Shown one piece after another: positions 43,788 to 54,038 of a stretch of 59,503 bases of DNA. Location of the stretch: NCBI GenBank assembly GCA_045535205.1, contig JAZSLF010000141.1, positions 1 to 59,503 on the forward strand, written 5' to 3'. The stretch comes from Eubacteriales bacterium (lineage in GTDB: Bacteria > Bacillota > Clostridia > Oscillospirales > CAG-272). How positions within the stretch are numbered: the stretch's first letter is position 1; the number at the start of each line of letters is the position of its first letter. The notes under the pieces were generated by a model. That model made no database searches, was not told the origin of the DNA, and was given only the letters and a program-made list of their open reading frames with translations. A program made the position numbers and the translations under genes.

Positions 43788-45308
43788 TCAATTCTTGCCG
43801 TAGGCTTCGATATCCTCGCCCGAAAGAACTCGGTAGGTATCGTTGATTATTTTCTGAACAAGGTCTGCGTGAACGTAAAATTCGGCGTTGCCGTTGACCT
43901 TTACGGCACTTCTTCTTGTCGTATATCTGTAAAACTCGTAGGTGGTCACTTCTCCTTTAAGATTTTTATAGGAGAATTTAAGGTTTCGCCTTGAGTCATC
44001 TGAGATAATGTCCTCAAGGGCTTCACCTGTTTCATCCACAGTCTCGGGAAGATAGTCCTGAACGTCAAGGGACAGAAGTGCTTTATAATACTGTCTGAAA
44101 TTGTCAATATCGTCTGCACTTGTGAGCATTACGTTCGTGTCAGTTGCAACGGTGAGCGTATCCTTGCCGTCGGCATCCTTGCCGTGATTGAGATAGAAGG
44201 CGACCTGAGAGTCACCCGTTTCTACGGTTATCTCGGAAACGGAGGTGATATAGTATTGGAAGATATACGTGGATATCCAGTCCATCATACCGTATTCAAG
44301 ATAATCGAGAGTTTCGGCGGGAACCTTTGTTACGATGTCGCTGTACATACTTGAAACGACGTAATAGTAGCCGTCTTCTGTCTTTTCACTTGCGAAAAAG
44401 AAGAAGTTTTTGCCGCCGTAGTCGAATGAAACGGTATGTGCGGGGTTATCGAGGCCGCATTCGACAAGGGTATCGTTATCGGCACCCAGCTTATAGGTGG
44501 ACTCGCCCGTAAGCCCCGTAAATGACATATATATCTCATAAAGAACGGTGGAGTTGGGCGTATAGGGTGCAGGATAGGTGAGCACGTTTTCAACAAGTGC
44601 CTCTGTGTTGACCATATCCTCTTTATCGACCATTCCGACCGTGAGCATTTTTTCATCGCCGTGGTACACGGTAAAGTTGTCGATGGTATAGTAATCGTCG
44701 GAGGATACTCCGAAGATAACGTAAGGAGTGATGAAGTCCTCAATGGGAGCAAGGATAGTTTCCTCAACGGTTATATCAAGAACGTAAACGCTGTCACGTC
44801 CTGCAAACCTGCAATAATATCCGCCGCCGGTCAGGAGCTTTCTGCCCACGTAGGCTTTATACTGTCTGTCGTTATTATCGGTAACTATCCAATAAGCCTG
44901 CGGGTCTGAAAGTCCGTATTCCTCAAGGTCTTCTTCGGTTGCGTTATCCATTACCTTTGCTTTTGAAAGGGTGGAGCCGCAGGTGGTAACGAGATAGGAG
45001 ACCTTTGTGGCATCGGTGCCGATACCTTCAAAGCCTTCAACGGTGAGCTCACCGTCTGAGGTCTTTATAAATTTGTAGCCGCCATGCTCGTTTGATACTT
45101 CGATGGACTTTATCTGAGTTCTGTCAAGATAGTCGTACATATAGTATCTGTTTGAGGTGCCGAGACTCTCTCCTTCGAGAGTTTCAGGCGTTTCCTCGAC
45201 GGGTATTCTTGACATAACGTAGGGACGCACCACCGCAAAATAACAAACTACGGTTGCAACAATAAGAACGGCTGACAGAATAATAAGTGTTATCTGCTTC
45301 TTTATCAT
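43788..45308 (-). CDS. DUF4340-like membrane-anchored protein of the GldG-type ABC exporter cluster
   Basis: Start ATG 45308 (MIKKQITLIILSAVLIV) overlaps the upstream stop as ATGA. It occupies the usual fourth position in gldA/F/G-like clusters. Confidence 0.6.
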   Translation of the reverse strand: MIKKQITLIILSAVLIVATVVCYFAVVRPYVMSRIPVEETPETLEGESLGTSNRYYMYDYLDRTQIKSIEVSNEHGGYKFIKTSDGELTVEGFEGIGTDATKVSYLVTTCGSTLSKAKVMDNATEEDLEEYGLSDPQAYWIVTDNNDRQYKAYVGRKLLTGGGYYCRFAGRDSVYVLDITVEETILAPIEDFITPYVIFGVSSDDYYTIDNFTVYHGDEKMLTVGMVDKEDMVNTEALVENVLTYPAPYTPNSTVLYEIYMSFTGLTGESTYKLGADNDTLVECGLDNPAHTVSFDYGGKNFFFFASEKTEDGYYYVVSSMYSDIVTKVPAETLDYLEYGMMDWISTYIFQYYITSVSEITVETGDSQVAFYLNHGKDADGKDTLTVATDTNVMLTSADDIDNFRQYYKALLSLDVQDYLPETVDETGEALEDIISDDSRRNLKFSYKNLKGEVTTYEFYRYTTRRSAVKVNGNAEFYVHADLVQKIINDTYRVLSGEDIEAYGKN

Positions 45309-46798
45309 GTGCGCCGTCTCCTCAGACAAACATAAATTCCGAAAGCGGCAACTATTACGGGAATAACGGTCACCATGGCAACGCTCCAACGGTTAGCCTG
45401 AAGGGTCGTGATATCAAGCTCTGTTTCGTCAAGCACCTTTGGGTCGATGTCGGCAATTATCTTTTCTCTGCCCGTAAGTCTTACGGTATTGAGAAGAATG
45501 TCACCGTTTGCATAAGACGTGCTCTTGAGGTATTCGTCGGAAGCGTATTCGGGAGAGCCGCATACCAAAACGTAGGTGTAGAAATAATCGTTCTGTTTAA
45601 TGCGTTCTTCACGGGAGACTACCATTACGGGAACAGAGCCCTCCTCAACAGTCTCACCGTCTTTTACAGTCGTTGACGAGTCCCCTGAATAGAGAACGGG
45701 ACTTGTCATAATGGAGCCCATGAGCTTATCGTCCTTTTCAAAGAGTATCTCAAGGGGCATTGAGTTTCTGAAAATGGTTTTGGGAGGATTTGACATATCG
45801 GCAATATCTCTGTAGAGACTTCTGCCCATGGTATCCTCTGTTTCGTACTTGGCTACTATTGATTTTCCGTCTCTTGTAACGGAATTTGACTCATCGCTTA
45901 CTACCTCGCCGCTTCTGAATGCAATTCCCCATTCAGCCAAAAGCTCGGAGAGATTTTTCAGATTTTTACTTCTTTCGGAGTCGGCAAAGACCATGAGACA
46001 GCCGTGTCCGTCAAGGAATGCATCGATCTTGTCGATCTCGTTCCCATCATCGCCGCCTTCAATGCCTGCGAAATCGTATACGGGGTCGTTTATTACAAGT
46101 ATTCTGCCGTCTTCATCGATGTTTTCTTTTGTAAGGTCAATGGCACGCACCTCAAAGCCTGCCGTTTCATAGAGAGACCAAAGCTCAGAGCATTCATCGG
46201 AGAGCTTTTCTCCGTGTCCTGTTGAGAAGTAGACGATGGGCATTTCGGCAGCCGTCACCTGAAGTATTGCCGCAGCAAGCTTCGCTTCGCCGTTATAGCC
46301 CCAGATATACGTATAATCCTCGTCCCATACGAAGAAGGTATCTGCCGCCTGAAGTCTGAATTCACCGCCGCTTTCGATAATAACGGTGGTGGATTTGATG
46401 TCTGTCGCCGCAGTATTGTAGTAATATTCAAAAAACGAGGGATGCTTTATTATATCGACACATTCCACGTTGATGTTGGAAAACTCCTTCTGAAGCTGGA
46501 GAGCTGTTGTATAGATATACTTCATATACTGATTGGAGTCTTCTCCGCTCATCAGCTTATCTCCCTCCTGAGTAAAGTAGATATTTACCTCTGCTTCAAC
46601 GTCGGAAAGAACCTCTTTTACTTCCTCGGAAAGAGTGAACACGCTGTCACCCGTCATATCGACATACCAGAGCATAGAGCTTGCGAGAACACCGAAGACG
46701 GCATTGAATATAATGACTGCCGCTACAAAAAGAACTGTAAAGGTGAGGGAAGCGGCACCTATCTTTCTGCCTCTTGACTTTGAATTTTTCTTATACAT
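45305..46798 (-). CDS. GldG-like ABC-transporter auxiliary protein
   Basis: N- and C-terminal TM anchors flank a large extracytoplasmic domain. It lies downstream of the ABC-2 permease. RBS AAGGAGGGG. Confidence 0.65.
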   Translation of the reverse strand: MYKKNSKSRGRKIGAASLTFTVLFVAAVIIFNAVFGVLASSMLWYVDMTGDSVFTLSEEVKEVLSDVEAEVNIYFTQEGDKLMSGEDSNQYMKYIYTTALQLQKEFSNINVECVDIIKHPSFFEYYYNTAATDIKSTTVIIESGGEFRLQAADTFFVWDEDYTYIWGYNGEAKLAAAILQVTAAEMPIVYFSTGHGEKLSDECSELWSLYETAGFEVRAIDLTKENIDEDGRILVINDPVYDFAGIEGGDDGNEIDKIDAFLDGHGCLMVFADSERSKNLKNLSELLAEWGIAFRSGEVVSDESNSVTRDGKSIVAKYETEDTMGRSLYRDIADMSNPPKTIFRNSMPLEILFEKDDKLMGSIMTSPVLYSGDSSTTVKDGETVEEGSVPVMVVSREERIKQNDYFYTYVLVCGSPEYASDEYLKSTSYANGDILLNTVRLTGREKIIADIDPKVLDETELDITTLQANRWSVAMVTVIPVIVAAFGIYVCLRRRRT

Positions 46799-46811
46799 TC
46801 AAGTCCCCTCC

Positions 46812-47516
46812 TTACGCATAACGGCGCTTTTCGTAGATACGCACCGTAAAGAACAAAAATACGGCACATACGGAAATATAGTATACCGCTGCCGCAATAT
46901 CAAATATTCCGTAGGTGAAGTTTGCAAAACGTGAATATATCGAGAGCCATCCGATAACGGCGGAGATCACGGCGTTATTTATATATGAATCAAGAACACC
47001 GAGCACCACAAGAAGTGCAAGAAGACCTATTGTTCCCATAGCCGCAACGAACTGATTTTCGGTGAGGGAGGATACAAAAAGACCGATTGCAATAAAGCAT
47101 GAAGCAATAAGTATCATTCCGATAAGACATCCGAGAATTTTTCCTCCGTTGGGCTCTCCGTAAATTCCGAGAGGAATGAAGAATACACAGGAGAGAGCTA
47201 TTGTGATAACAAACATGGTGAAAGCCGCTGCAAACTTCGCAAGAACCATGCTCCAGAGACTTACGGGAGAGGTGAGGAGAAGCTGTTCGGTTCCCTGCTT
47301 TCTTTCCTCGGCAAAGCTCTTCATTGTCAGGAGAGGAATTATTATAACGTATGCAAACATAAGCAGCTGATAATAGCTTGACACATCACAGGTCTGTGCC
47401 TGCAGGGTGGAAAGTGAGCAGAGAAAGCCTGCCGCACAGAGAAATATACCCATAAAGATATATCCTGCAGGTGTTTTAAAATAAGCTCTTACATCTCTTT
47501 TATAAATAGCAAGCAT
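46812..47516 (-). CDS. ABC-2 family permease (GldF-like)
   Basis: Six hydrophobic helices, 234 aa, adjacent to the ATPase. Confidence 0.75.
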   Translation of the reverse strand: MLAIYKRDVRAYFKTPAGYIFMGIFLCAAGFLCSLSTLQAQTCDVSSYYQLLMFAYVIIIPLLTMKSFAEERKQGTEQLLLTSPVSLWSMVLAKFAAAFTMFVITIALSCVFFIPLGIYGEPNGGKILGCLIGMILIASCFIAIGLFVSSLTENQFVAAMGTIGLLALLVVLGVLDSYINNAVISAVIGWLSIYSRFANFTYGIFDIAAAVYYISVCAVFLFFTVRIYEKRRYA

Positions 47517-47518
47517 TC

Positions 47519-48469
47519 TTATACTCCTTTCTTTCCGTTTTTATCTTCTGTAAGACGGATGAAAACATCTTCAAGGGACATTCCCGCCGCCTCAAAGCCG
47601 ATGATGGCAAAATCTCTTTCGGCACAAAGTCTGAAAAGCTGTTTTCTGATGTCAAGACCCTTTTTGCTTTCCACAAGGTAGCCGTGGGCATCGCCGTCAC
47701 GCTCGCCTGTTATCTGAACGCTTTCAACTCCGTCGAAGCCGCCGAGTGCCGAAAGGACCTCTCTTGAATTGCCGCATATTTTAAGGCTGTAGCGTCTGTT
47801 CTGATTTACCGCCGAGGATATATCGTCTGTCTTTTCATCGGCAACGATCTTTCCGCTTTCAATAATAACGACTCTGTCACAAACGGCTTGTACCTCAGAG
47901 AGAATATGAGTTGACAGAATTACCGTATGATTTCTGCCGAGACGTCTGATAAGGCTTCTTATTTCGATTATCTGCTTGGGGTCAAGACCTACAGTTGGCT
48001 CGTCGAGGATTATGACCTTGGGGTCACCCACAAGAGCCTGTGCAATACCGACTCTCTGACGGTAGCCCTTTGAAAGATTTGCTATGAGACGTCCCTGCAC
48101 CTCGGCAGTTTTAGTCACCTTTGCGATCTCCTCAAGATGAGGCTTTCTGGGCAGGTCACAGCCCTTTAGCTCATAAACGAAATTCATGTACTCGGAAACT
48201 GTCATATCGGGATAGAGGGGCGGAATTTCGGGAAGGTAGCCGATGAGCTTTTTGACCTTATCGGGTTCATCGAGAATATCCATGCCGCCTATCTCCACCT
48301 TTCCGCTGTCGGAGGAAAGGTACCCTGTTATAATATTCATCGTAGTGGACTTGCCTGCACCGTTGGGACCGAGAAAGCCTACTATCTCTCCCTGTCCTAC
48401 GCTGAAGGAAATGCCGCTTAAAGCATATTTATTACCGTAGCTTTTTACAAGATCTTCAATCTTTATCAT
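47519..48469 (-). CDS. ABC transporter ATP-binding protein (GldA-like)
   Basis: Walker A is GPNGAGKST, the signature is LSKGYRQR and Walker B is VIILDEP. Confidence 0.88.
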   Translation of the reverse strand: MIKIEDLVKSYGNKYALSGISFSVGQGEIVGFLGPNGAGKSTTMNIITGYLSSDSGKVEIGGMDILDEPDKVKKLIGYLPEIPPLYPDMTVSEYMNFVYELKGCDLPRKPHLEEIAKVTKTAEVQGRLIANLSKGYRQRVGIAQALVGDPKVIILDEPTVGLDPKQIIEIRSLIRRLGRNHTVILSTHILSEVQAVCDRVVIIESGKIVADEKTDDISSAVNQNRRYSLKICGNSREVLSALGGFDGVESVQITGERDGDAHGYLVESKKGLDIRKQLFRLCAERDFAIIGFEAAGMSLEDVFIRLTEDKNGKKGV

Positions 48470-48584
48470 GTCTTTTTCCCTTTTGCTTTCGATTGTGCTC
48501 TCTTTAAAGCATCTCCGCTTATGAGCACACTATTCTAACATAGCATTATATCATAATATTATTAATATTTCCATAGTTTGACTT

Positions 48585-48624
48585 AAAAAAGCCTCGACTT
48601 CTTTGAGAAATTGAGGCTTTCAGA
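48585..48624. repeat. Palindromic terminator-like repeat, copy A
   Basis: AAAAAAGCCTCGACTTCTTTGAGAAATTGAGGCTTT has a near-identical copy at 48851-48890 with 2 substitutions that keep the pairing. The A6 on the plus strand gives a T-run on the minus strand. Confidence 0.75.
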
Positions 48625-48850
48625 CCGAAGACAAACTTGGTATAACGCAGATGTGAGAAGAAAAGCTTGTATAAAACAAATATTTCTTGATAGAATTTTC
48701 TGACATAGAAAAGGCGGGCAAAAGCCCGCTACATCTGCTTTTAGAGCATTTTTCCCTCTACCGTAGGAAACTACGCCTACGAGGAAAAAAGCTCTAAATC
48801 TACCTGCGTTTCTCTCAGTCTGTCTCAGAGTGTAGACTTTGTCTACACTC

Positions 48851-48890
48851 TGAAAGCCTCAACTTCTTTAAGAAATTGAGGCTTTTAATA
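48851..48890. repeat. Palindromic terminator-like repeat, copy B (immediately after the blaR1-like stop)
   Basis: TGAAAGCCTCAACTTCTTTAAGAAATTGAGGCTTTTAATA. Confidence 0.75.
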
Positions 48891-51410
48891 TTACTCTTCT
48901 ATTTCAGGCTCATAGGGTAGAGCCAATTCAAAGACAGCTCCGTCGGGAATTTCCGCCATGTGAAGCTCTTTTGAGGAAGCTTTTGCATTAAAAATCACAG
49001 AGCTTTCTTCTATTCTGAAAACGTAGGTGTACTGTCCGTCATCGGTACACAGAATGAGGTGTTCTCCCTGCACCGTATAATATCCGAAGGCAAGGTAGCT
49101 TGAAAGAGGTGAAAAATTCATCTGAAATTCGCCGTTTCTGTGAAGCATCACCGAAGGCTTTGAAAGGTCATCGGCACTGTCGGTGTACACATAAGCGGCA
49201 GTTACGTCGGAAACCTTATCATCTCCGTCGATTATTTTAATAATGCGAGAATCTGTTCTTTCAATATCTGCCAGATCAGCTTTCGGTACGGAAACACACA
49301 TAAGCCAACCGAAAGCTCCTGTGTTCATGGAACCGTAAACAGTCTCACTCAGGGATATACCCAGCGTTCCTTCGCATTTTGTAACTGAATCGACGGTATA
49401 TCTTTCCTCTGCCGCTGAGCAGATATACAGAAGAAACAGAGTGTTTTCGGAGAAAAACTCCTCGCCGTAAAGCTCCTTGGTATCATAGAAGGAATTTGTC
49501 ACAAAATTGTCCTTATCCGGAAAAGAGCTGTTGAAATCCATGCAGCCTTTCATGTTATTTATGAAGCTGTCAAGCTCTTCTTTGCTCTCAAGCCTTGCGG
49601 CAGGAAGTGTTCTGATACTGCTTACGGCGGCATCTTTCGGTATTCCGTAAAGCTTTATAAATTCAGCATAAACGTCTTCCCTCGCTCCTACGGGACAAAG
49701 CTGCCAGCCTGCAGACAGGTGCTGTACAAGAGGCAGATCTTTCTGCTCTTCAATAAATTCCTCAACACCGCCGTATCTTATATCGATGGAGCTGTTTGCG
49801 GTGGTATTGGCGGAAAGATACATGTAGAAAACTTCTTCCATATCCGGATTAAGATAACCGATATTCAAAGAAAACTTTTCGTCAATGGGGTAACATTCGA
49901 TATACAGCCCCGAACCTGTTTCGTAGTGGTAAAAACCTTTAAAGTCTCTTCGAGTCAGCTTTTCCCCTTTTTCGGAAAGCTTTACGAGCTTTTCAAGGGT
50001 CAGCTTTTTTGAATTTGACACCACTATGTCGGTAGGGCCGTCAGCACCGCCGATGACAGCGATCGCAGGAGAAAAATACTCCCTCGCTTTTTCAAGACAT
50101 CTTTTATTCTGTTTTTTGAAATATCTCTCTGAGTCAAGAGCTTTAAAGTACAGTCTTAGAGGGACTTTTGCTCTTATATCGTCAACGTAATACGAGCCGT
50201 CTCTCGGGGTAAAATAATCCACAAGCTTATAGGTATCCCCGTCTTTTTTTACGGTAATTGCAGTAAAGATATGGCTTCCGCTTTCTTCATTGGGGTTTGT
50301 TCCGTCAAAGCTGTATTCCTGAGAAAGCACCCACATATAAAGGGTTTTATAGTTTGCCTTGTTCTGTATGCCGATTATTTCATAATCAATTGCAATATAA
50401 TTATTTTCTTTGGGTTCACCGCACCTTGCAGACAGCTCCTTTTCAATAAAGGTATCGAGAGGAGTTCCTCTGCTGTATAAAGGGTCAGTCAAAAAGCATA
50501 CTGCAAGAACCGTACAGATAAGAACGGAAAGAACAATTACCGCAAGTGCGGGCTTTTTATAGCGAAGAACGTTTTTGATACGGGCTTTTACACCTGTCTC
50601 ACCGAAGGCTAAAGGACAGGCGGCAATTCTCCTTGAGGGTGCAGAGCAGTTGACGAGAGCTTCCGAGTAAGGCTTTTTTACCTCCTCGCCCATGCTTTTC
50701 ACAACCTTTTCGTCGCAGGCAAGCTCAATATCACGACAAAGAAGCACGTATGCCGCCCACATCAGCGGATTGAACCAATAGAGAGAAAGAAGAAGAAAAG
50801 CAAAAGGCTTTATAAGATGGTCTCCCCTTTTGATATGTGCTCTTTCGTGAGCGATAACATACTCTTTGTCTTCGTCTGAAAGAGTTACCGGAAGATATAT
50901 TTTCGGTCTTATAATTCCCAAAATAAAAGGAGTTTTGACACCGTCGCCCTGCCAGATGCCTTTTTCAAGGATAAAGGCTTCTCTGACCTTCCTTTTTACA
51001 AGAAAGAAGCTTACCGCCGTATAGATAAGCATCGAAACAGCACCGAGTATCCATACGTTTGCGGCAAGTATCATTATCACCTGCATGGGATTTACGCTGT
51101 TTGCCATGCTCGGTGCAAATGAATTTGAAATAACGGGGTTTATCACGCTGTTGAAGGCGGAAATACCGCTGTGAATTTCCGGATTCTGAGCATATAAGAT
51201 CCCTTCGGGAACAGTTTCCGAGCTGGGTATAAGGCTGAAAACACTTTTGAAGGAAAACGGACAAACAAGCCTTATTCCAACAAGTGCCCACATGGTGACG
51301 TTTGCCCATTTGGGAACTCTTTTAAAAAGAAATCTGAAAAGCATCACCGCAAGAACCAGCCAGCCTGCACTGACGCTCATATTGAGAAGCTTTATAAAAA
51401 CAGTCTCCAT
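48891..51410 (-). CDS. BlaR1/MecR1-like M56 peptidase sensor with large non-PBP C-terminal domain
   Basis: The M56 region has HERAHIKRGDH (HEXXH) after 3-4 TM helices. I saw no SxxK/KTG penicillin-binding motifs in the 520-aa C-terminal region. It follows the blaI-like gene directly. Confidence 0.8.
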   Translation of the reverse strand: METVFIKLLNMSVSAGWLVLAVMLFRFLFKRVPKWANVTMWALVGIRLVCPFSFKSVFSLIPSSETVPEGILYAQNPEIHSGISAFNSVINPVISNSFAPSMANSVNPMQVIMILAANVWILGAVSMLIYTAVSFFLVKRKVREAFILEKGIWQGDGVKTPFILGIIRPKIYLPVTLSDEDKEYVIAHERAHIKRGDHLIKPFAFLLLSLYWFNPLMWAAYVLLCRDIELACDEKVVKSMGEEVKKPYSEALVNCSAPSRRIAACPLAFGETGVKARIKNVLRYKKPALAVIVLSVLICTVLAVCFLTDPLYSRGTPLDTFIEKELSARCGEPKENNYIAIDYEIIGIQNKANYKTLYMWVLSQEYSFDGTNPNEESGSHIFTAITVKKDGDTYKLVDYFTPRDGSYYVDDIRAKVPLRLYFKALDSERYFKKQNKRCLEKAREYFSPAIAVIGGADGPTDIVVSNSKKLTLEKLVKLSEKGEKLTRRDFKGFYHYETGSGLYIECYPIDEKFSLNIGYLNPDMEEVFYMYLSANTTANSSIDIRYGGVEEFIEEQKDLPLVQHLSAGWQLCPVGAREDVYAEFIKLYGIPKDAAVSSIRTLPAARLESKEELDSFINNMKGCMDFNSSFPDKDNFVTNSFYDTKELYGEEFFSENTLFLLYICSAAEERYTVDSVTKCEGTLGISLSETVYGSMNTGAFGWLMCVSVPKADLADIERTDSRIIKIIDGDDKVSDVTAAYVYTDSADDLSKPSVMLHRNGEFQMNFSPLSSYLAFGYYTVQGEHLILCTDDGQYTYVFRIEESSVIFNAKASSKELHMAEIPDGAVFELALPYEPEIEE

Positions 51411-51412
51411 TA

Positions 51413-51775
51413 TTATCCCTCCCCGTATTCATTGATAATGCTTTTAAGCTCTGCAACCTCCTCAGCCGTAAGGCTTTTAGCAGAGGTGAAGGCGGCAAGA
51501 AACGCAGGGAGAGAGCCGCCGAAGGTGTTCTCCACAAACTGTTTGCTCTGCATGGAATAAAACCTTTCCTTTGATACAAGTGAGGTTACTGTACCGTTAT
51601 CGTTCATAAAAATACCCTTTTCGGCAAGTCTTTTGAGAACTGTATAGGTGGTTGACTTTTTCCAACCCAAAATCTCTGCACTTTTCTTTGCAAGCTCCGT
51701 TGAAGATATGGGCTCATTTTCCCATATCATGTCTGCAAATCGGGACTCCGCCGCCCCAAGCTGATATACGTTCAT
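51413..51775 (-). CDS. BlaI/MecI/CopY-family winged-helix repressor
   Basis: 120 aa, with ISSTELAKKSAEILGWKKSTTYTVLKRLAEKG. RBS GGAGG. Confidence 0.88.
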   Translation of the reverse strand: MNVYQLGAAESRFADMIWENEPISSTELAKKSAEILGWKKSTTYTVLKRLAEKGIFMNDNGTVTSLVSKERFYSMQSKQFVENTFGGSLPAFLAAFTSAKSLTAEEVAELKSIINEYGEG

Positions 51776-51787
51776 AGATCAAACCTC

Positions 51788-51832
51788 CATTCTACACTTT
51801 GTAGACCAATATCATTCTACACCATGTAGACC
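51788..51832. promoter_or_regulatory. Twin BlaI-type operators
   Basis: TCTACA-CTT-TGTAGA (51791-51805) and TCTACA-CCA-TGTAGA (51816-51830). Each sits inside a 20-nt direct repeat CATTCTACACnnTGTAGACC, and the two are 25 bp apart, just upstream of the blaI RBS. TACA/TGTA dyads are the known BlaI/MecI operator core. Confidence 0.75.
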
Positions 51833-51895
51833 GATTTGTCAATAGAAAAAAGGACTTTTTCCGTTTTTGAAAAAAGTCCTTAAATCAACGTATGA

Positions 51896-52441
51896 TTAAT
51901 GGTTGAAGGTTTCCTTCTTTACTGCTGCCTTGTTGTAGTAGTAAAGCTGCTTCATTGCGTTTTCGCAGTTTTCAAAGATAACGAGAGTTTTCTTGCCGTT
52001 GTCGCTGAAAATTACGTAGTAACCGTCGGGAGTCTTAGCTGTACCTCTGAAATCGTATGTAGCTGCAATATCGGATGCCTTTGTTGCATCAAGGTATTCA
52101 CCTTCGTAGGGAGCGATAGCTTCCATGTCCTTGACCTTTGCCTGACATACGAGCTTATCTCTCTTGCCGTAGTTCTTATAGAACTTCATGTCGCCTGATT
52201 CAATAACGTACTTGTAATCAGGAAGGATAAAACGCTTTGTAAAGAATACGAGAGCGATGCCGACAACGAGGAAGATAAATCCGAATACCGCGAACATATC
52301 CTTAAAGATCGCATAAGCACCTCCGAGCATACCGCCGATAACAACGATATAGCCGAGAATAAAGAGAAGTCTCTTTGTTGCGAATTTGCCTTCTGCCTTC
52401 TGGCTGGTGGCATATTCAGCATAGTGTGTTCCTGAATTCAT
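51896..52441 (-). CDS. Hypothetical membrane protein (2 TM)
   Basis: An ORF with two hydrophobic helices. No strong RBS and no recognisable family. Confidence 0.55.
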   Translation of the reverse strand: MNSGTHYAEYATSQKAEGKFATKRLLFILGYIVVIGGMLGGAYAIFKDMFAVFGFIFLVVGIALVFFTKRFILPDYKYVIESGDMKFYKNYGKRDKLVCQAKVKDMEAIAPYEGEYLDATKASDIAATYDFRGTAKTPDGYYVIFSDNGKKTLVIFENCENAMKQLYYYNKAAVKKETFNH

Positions 52442-52664
52442 AGTTTCAAATCACAGATAACTGTGTCCTCCATATAATTTTACTAAATCAGTATACCATA
52501 AAACTTTTTTTATTTCAAGGTATTTGTGAAAATAGTTACACATGGCGAAAAACACGGCTTTTTAAAGCTTTTAGTTCTGCTTTGACGGTAAATTTTTCTT
52601 GTAAAAAAATCTATAGTATGTTATACTATATTGAATTTTACTGTGTTTTTAAGGAGATATACCT

Positions 52665-53105
52665 TTGAAAAACGTTGATATTTATACAGACGGCTCATGT
52701 AAGTTCAATCCCGGTCCGGGCGGCTGGGGTGCCGTTCTCGTTTATAACGGCAGAGAAAAAGAGCTTTGCGGAGGCGAAAAGGAGACCACCAACAACAGAA
52801 TGGAGCTCACCGCCGCCGTCATGGCACTTTCAGCTTTAAAGGAGCCTTGTCACGTGACACTTTGCTCCGACTCCAAATACCTTATCGACGGTCTTGAAAA
52901 GGGCTGGGCTAAGGGCTGGAGAGCTAAGGGCTGGAAAAAGGCGGACAAGTCACCTGCCCTCAACCCTGACCTTTGGGAAAAGCTGCTTGAGCTTACAGAT
53001 ATTCACAACGTGGAATACGTATGGATAAAGGGACACGCAGGACATCCTTACAATGAACGCTGTGACACAATGGCACAGAACGAAGCTGACAAATACAAGG
53101 AGTAA
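52665..53105 (+). CDS. rnhA: Ribonuclease HI
   Basis: DIYTDGSC...NNRMELTA...DSKY...[11 protein letters not shown] contains the DEDD catalytic residues. The start is TTG, 7 nt after AAGGAGA. Confidence 0.9.
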   Translation: MKNVDIYTDGSCKFNPGPGGWGAVLVYNGREKELCGGEKETTNNRMELTAAVMALSALKEPCHVTLCSDSKYLIDGLEKGWAKGWRAKGWKKADKSPALNPDLWEKLLELTDIHNVEYVWIKGHAGHPYNERCDTMAQNEADKYKE

Positions 53106-53110
53106 AACAA

Positions 53111-53413
53111 ATGGACGAGCTTATAAACATTCCGCTTCTTGCGACTTATCTGAAATATTTTCTTCTTGCATACGTTGCCGTTGTTTCGGTCATTTCCGTT
53201 ATCGTTTGCGTTTTCGATAAAAAACGTGCAAAAAAACAGGGACGCAGAGTTTCAGAGGCTGATCTGCTTTTGCTCTCAGCACTCGGCGGCTCTCTTTCCA
53301 TGTTTATTACGATGCTCATTATACGTCATAAGACAAAGCATATCAAATTTATGGCAGGTATTCCCGCCATTATGCTTTTGCAGGCTGTCATCGTTTTTCT
53401 TATTATCGTCTGA
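53111..53413 (+). CDS. DUF1294-family small membrane protein
   Basis: FDKKRAKKQGRRVSEADLLLLSALGG is the typical DUF1294 core. 100 aa. Confidence 0.7.
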   Translation: MDELINIPLLATYLKYFLLAYVAVVSVISVIVCVFDKKRAKKQGRRVSEADLLLLSALGGSLSMFITMLIIRHKTKHIKFMAGIPAIMLLQAVIVFLIIV

Positions 53414-53701
53414 TCAGGGCAAAAGGTCGTAGACTACCTCATGGAGATTTATGGGCTCCACCTCGCCCTCTGATATTTTTCTGTACATTTCTGCGGCAAA
53501 CTCCGCATTGACAGAAACATCGGGAGCTGTTGACTGACATACCTTTTCACCGTTTACGTATTTGATACATTGAATGGAATAGCTTTCTCCGTATGGGGTA
53601 TCCTCTGCATATAATACATATTTCAGCACAGGTCCGTGCGACGTATGTCTTATTTCCTCACAAACGGTTCTTTCTGATGATGCTTCTGTCAAATTATTCA
53701 T
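53414..53701 (-). CDS. Hypothetical small protein
   Basis: An ORF convergent with DUF1294; the two stops form the palindrome TGATCA. ATG 53701 is preferred over the upstream TTG at 53719. No family recognised. Confidence 0.45.
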   Translation of the reverse strand: MNNLTEASSERTVCEEIRHTSHGPVLKYVLYAEDTPYGESYSIQCIKYVNGEKVCQSTAPDVSVNAEFAAEMYRKISEGEVEPINLHEVVYDLLP

Positions 53702-54038
53702 GGCTTTCTTCACTTTCAAAATTGATTTGTGTCATGATTGTAACATCGGTCTGCAGTTGAAAAATGTCACAATTTCCCTTTCGGAATGCTTTTTTCGTCA
53801 TTTGGTAAAAAATTACTTTAAATCCCCACATATTGTACAATGTCGGGTCCATCACAACGCAGGACTCGGTTTTTCGGAAATACCGAAGCGGTAAAAAATT
53901 AACGAAATATGTCCGAAAAACGTGGTTTTTGTCCCCAAAAGACATGACAAAAACCCCAGAAAGCCTTTATTTGCAAGGAATTTCGGCTTCAAGCTGAAAT
54001 TTTCAAAAAAATATAAAATAAACAAGGAGGGTATAAAA

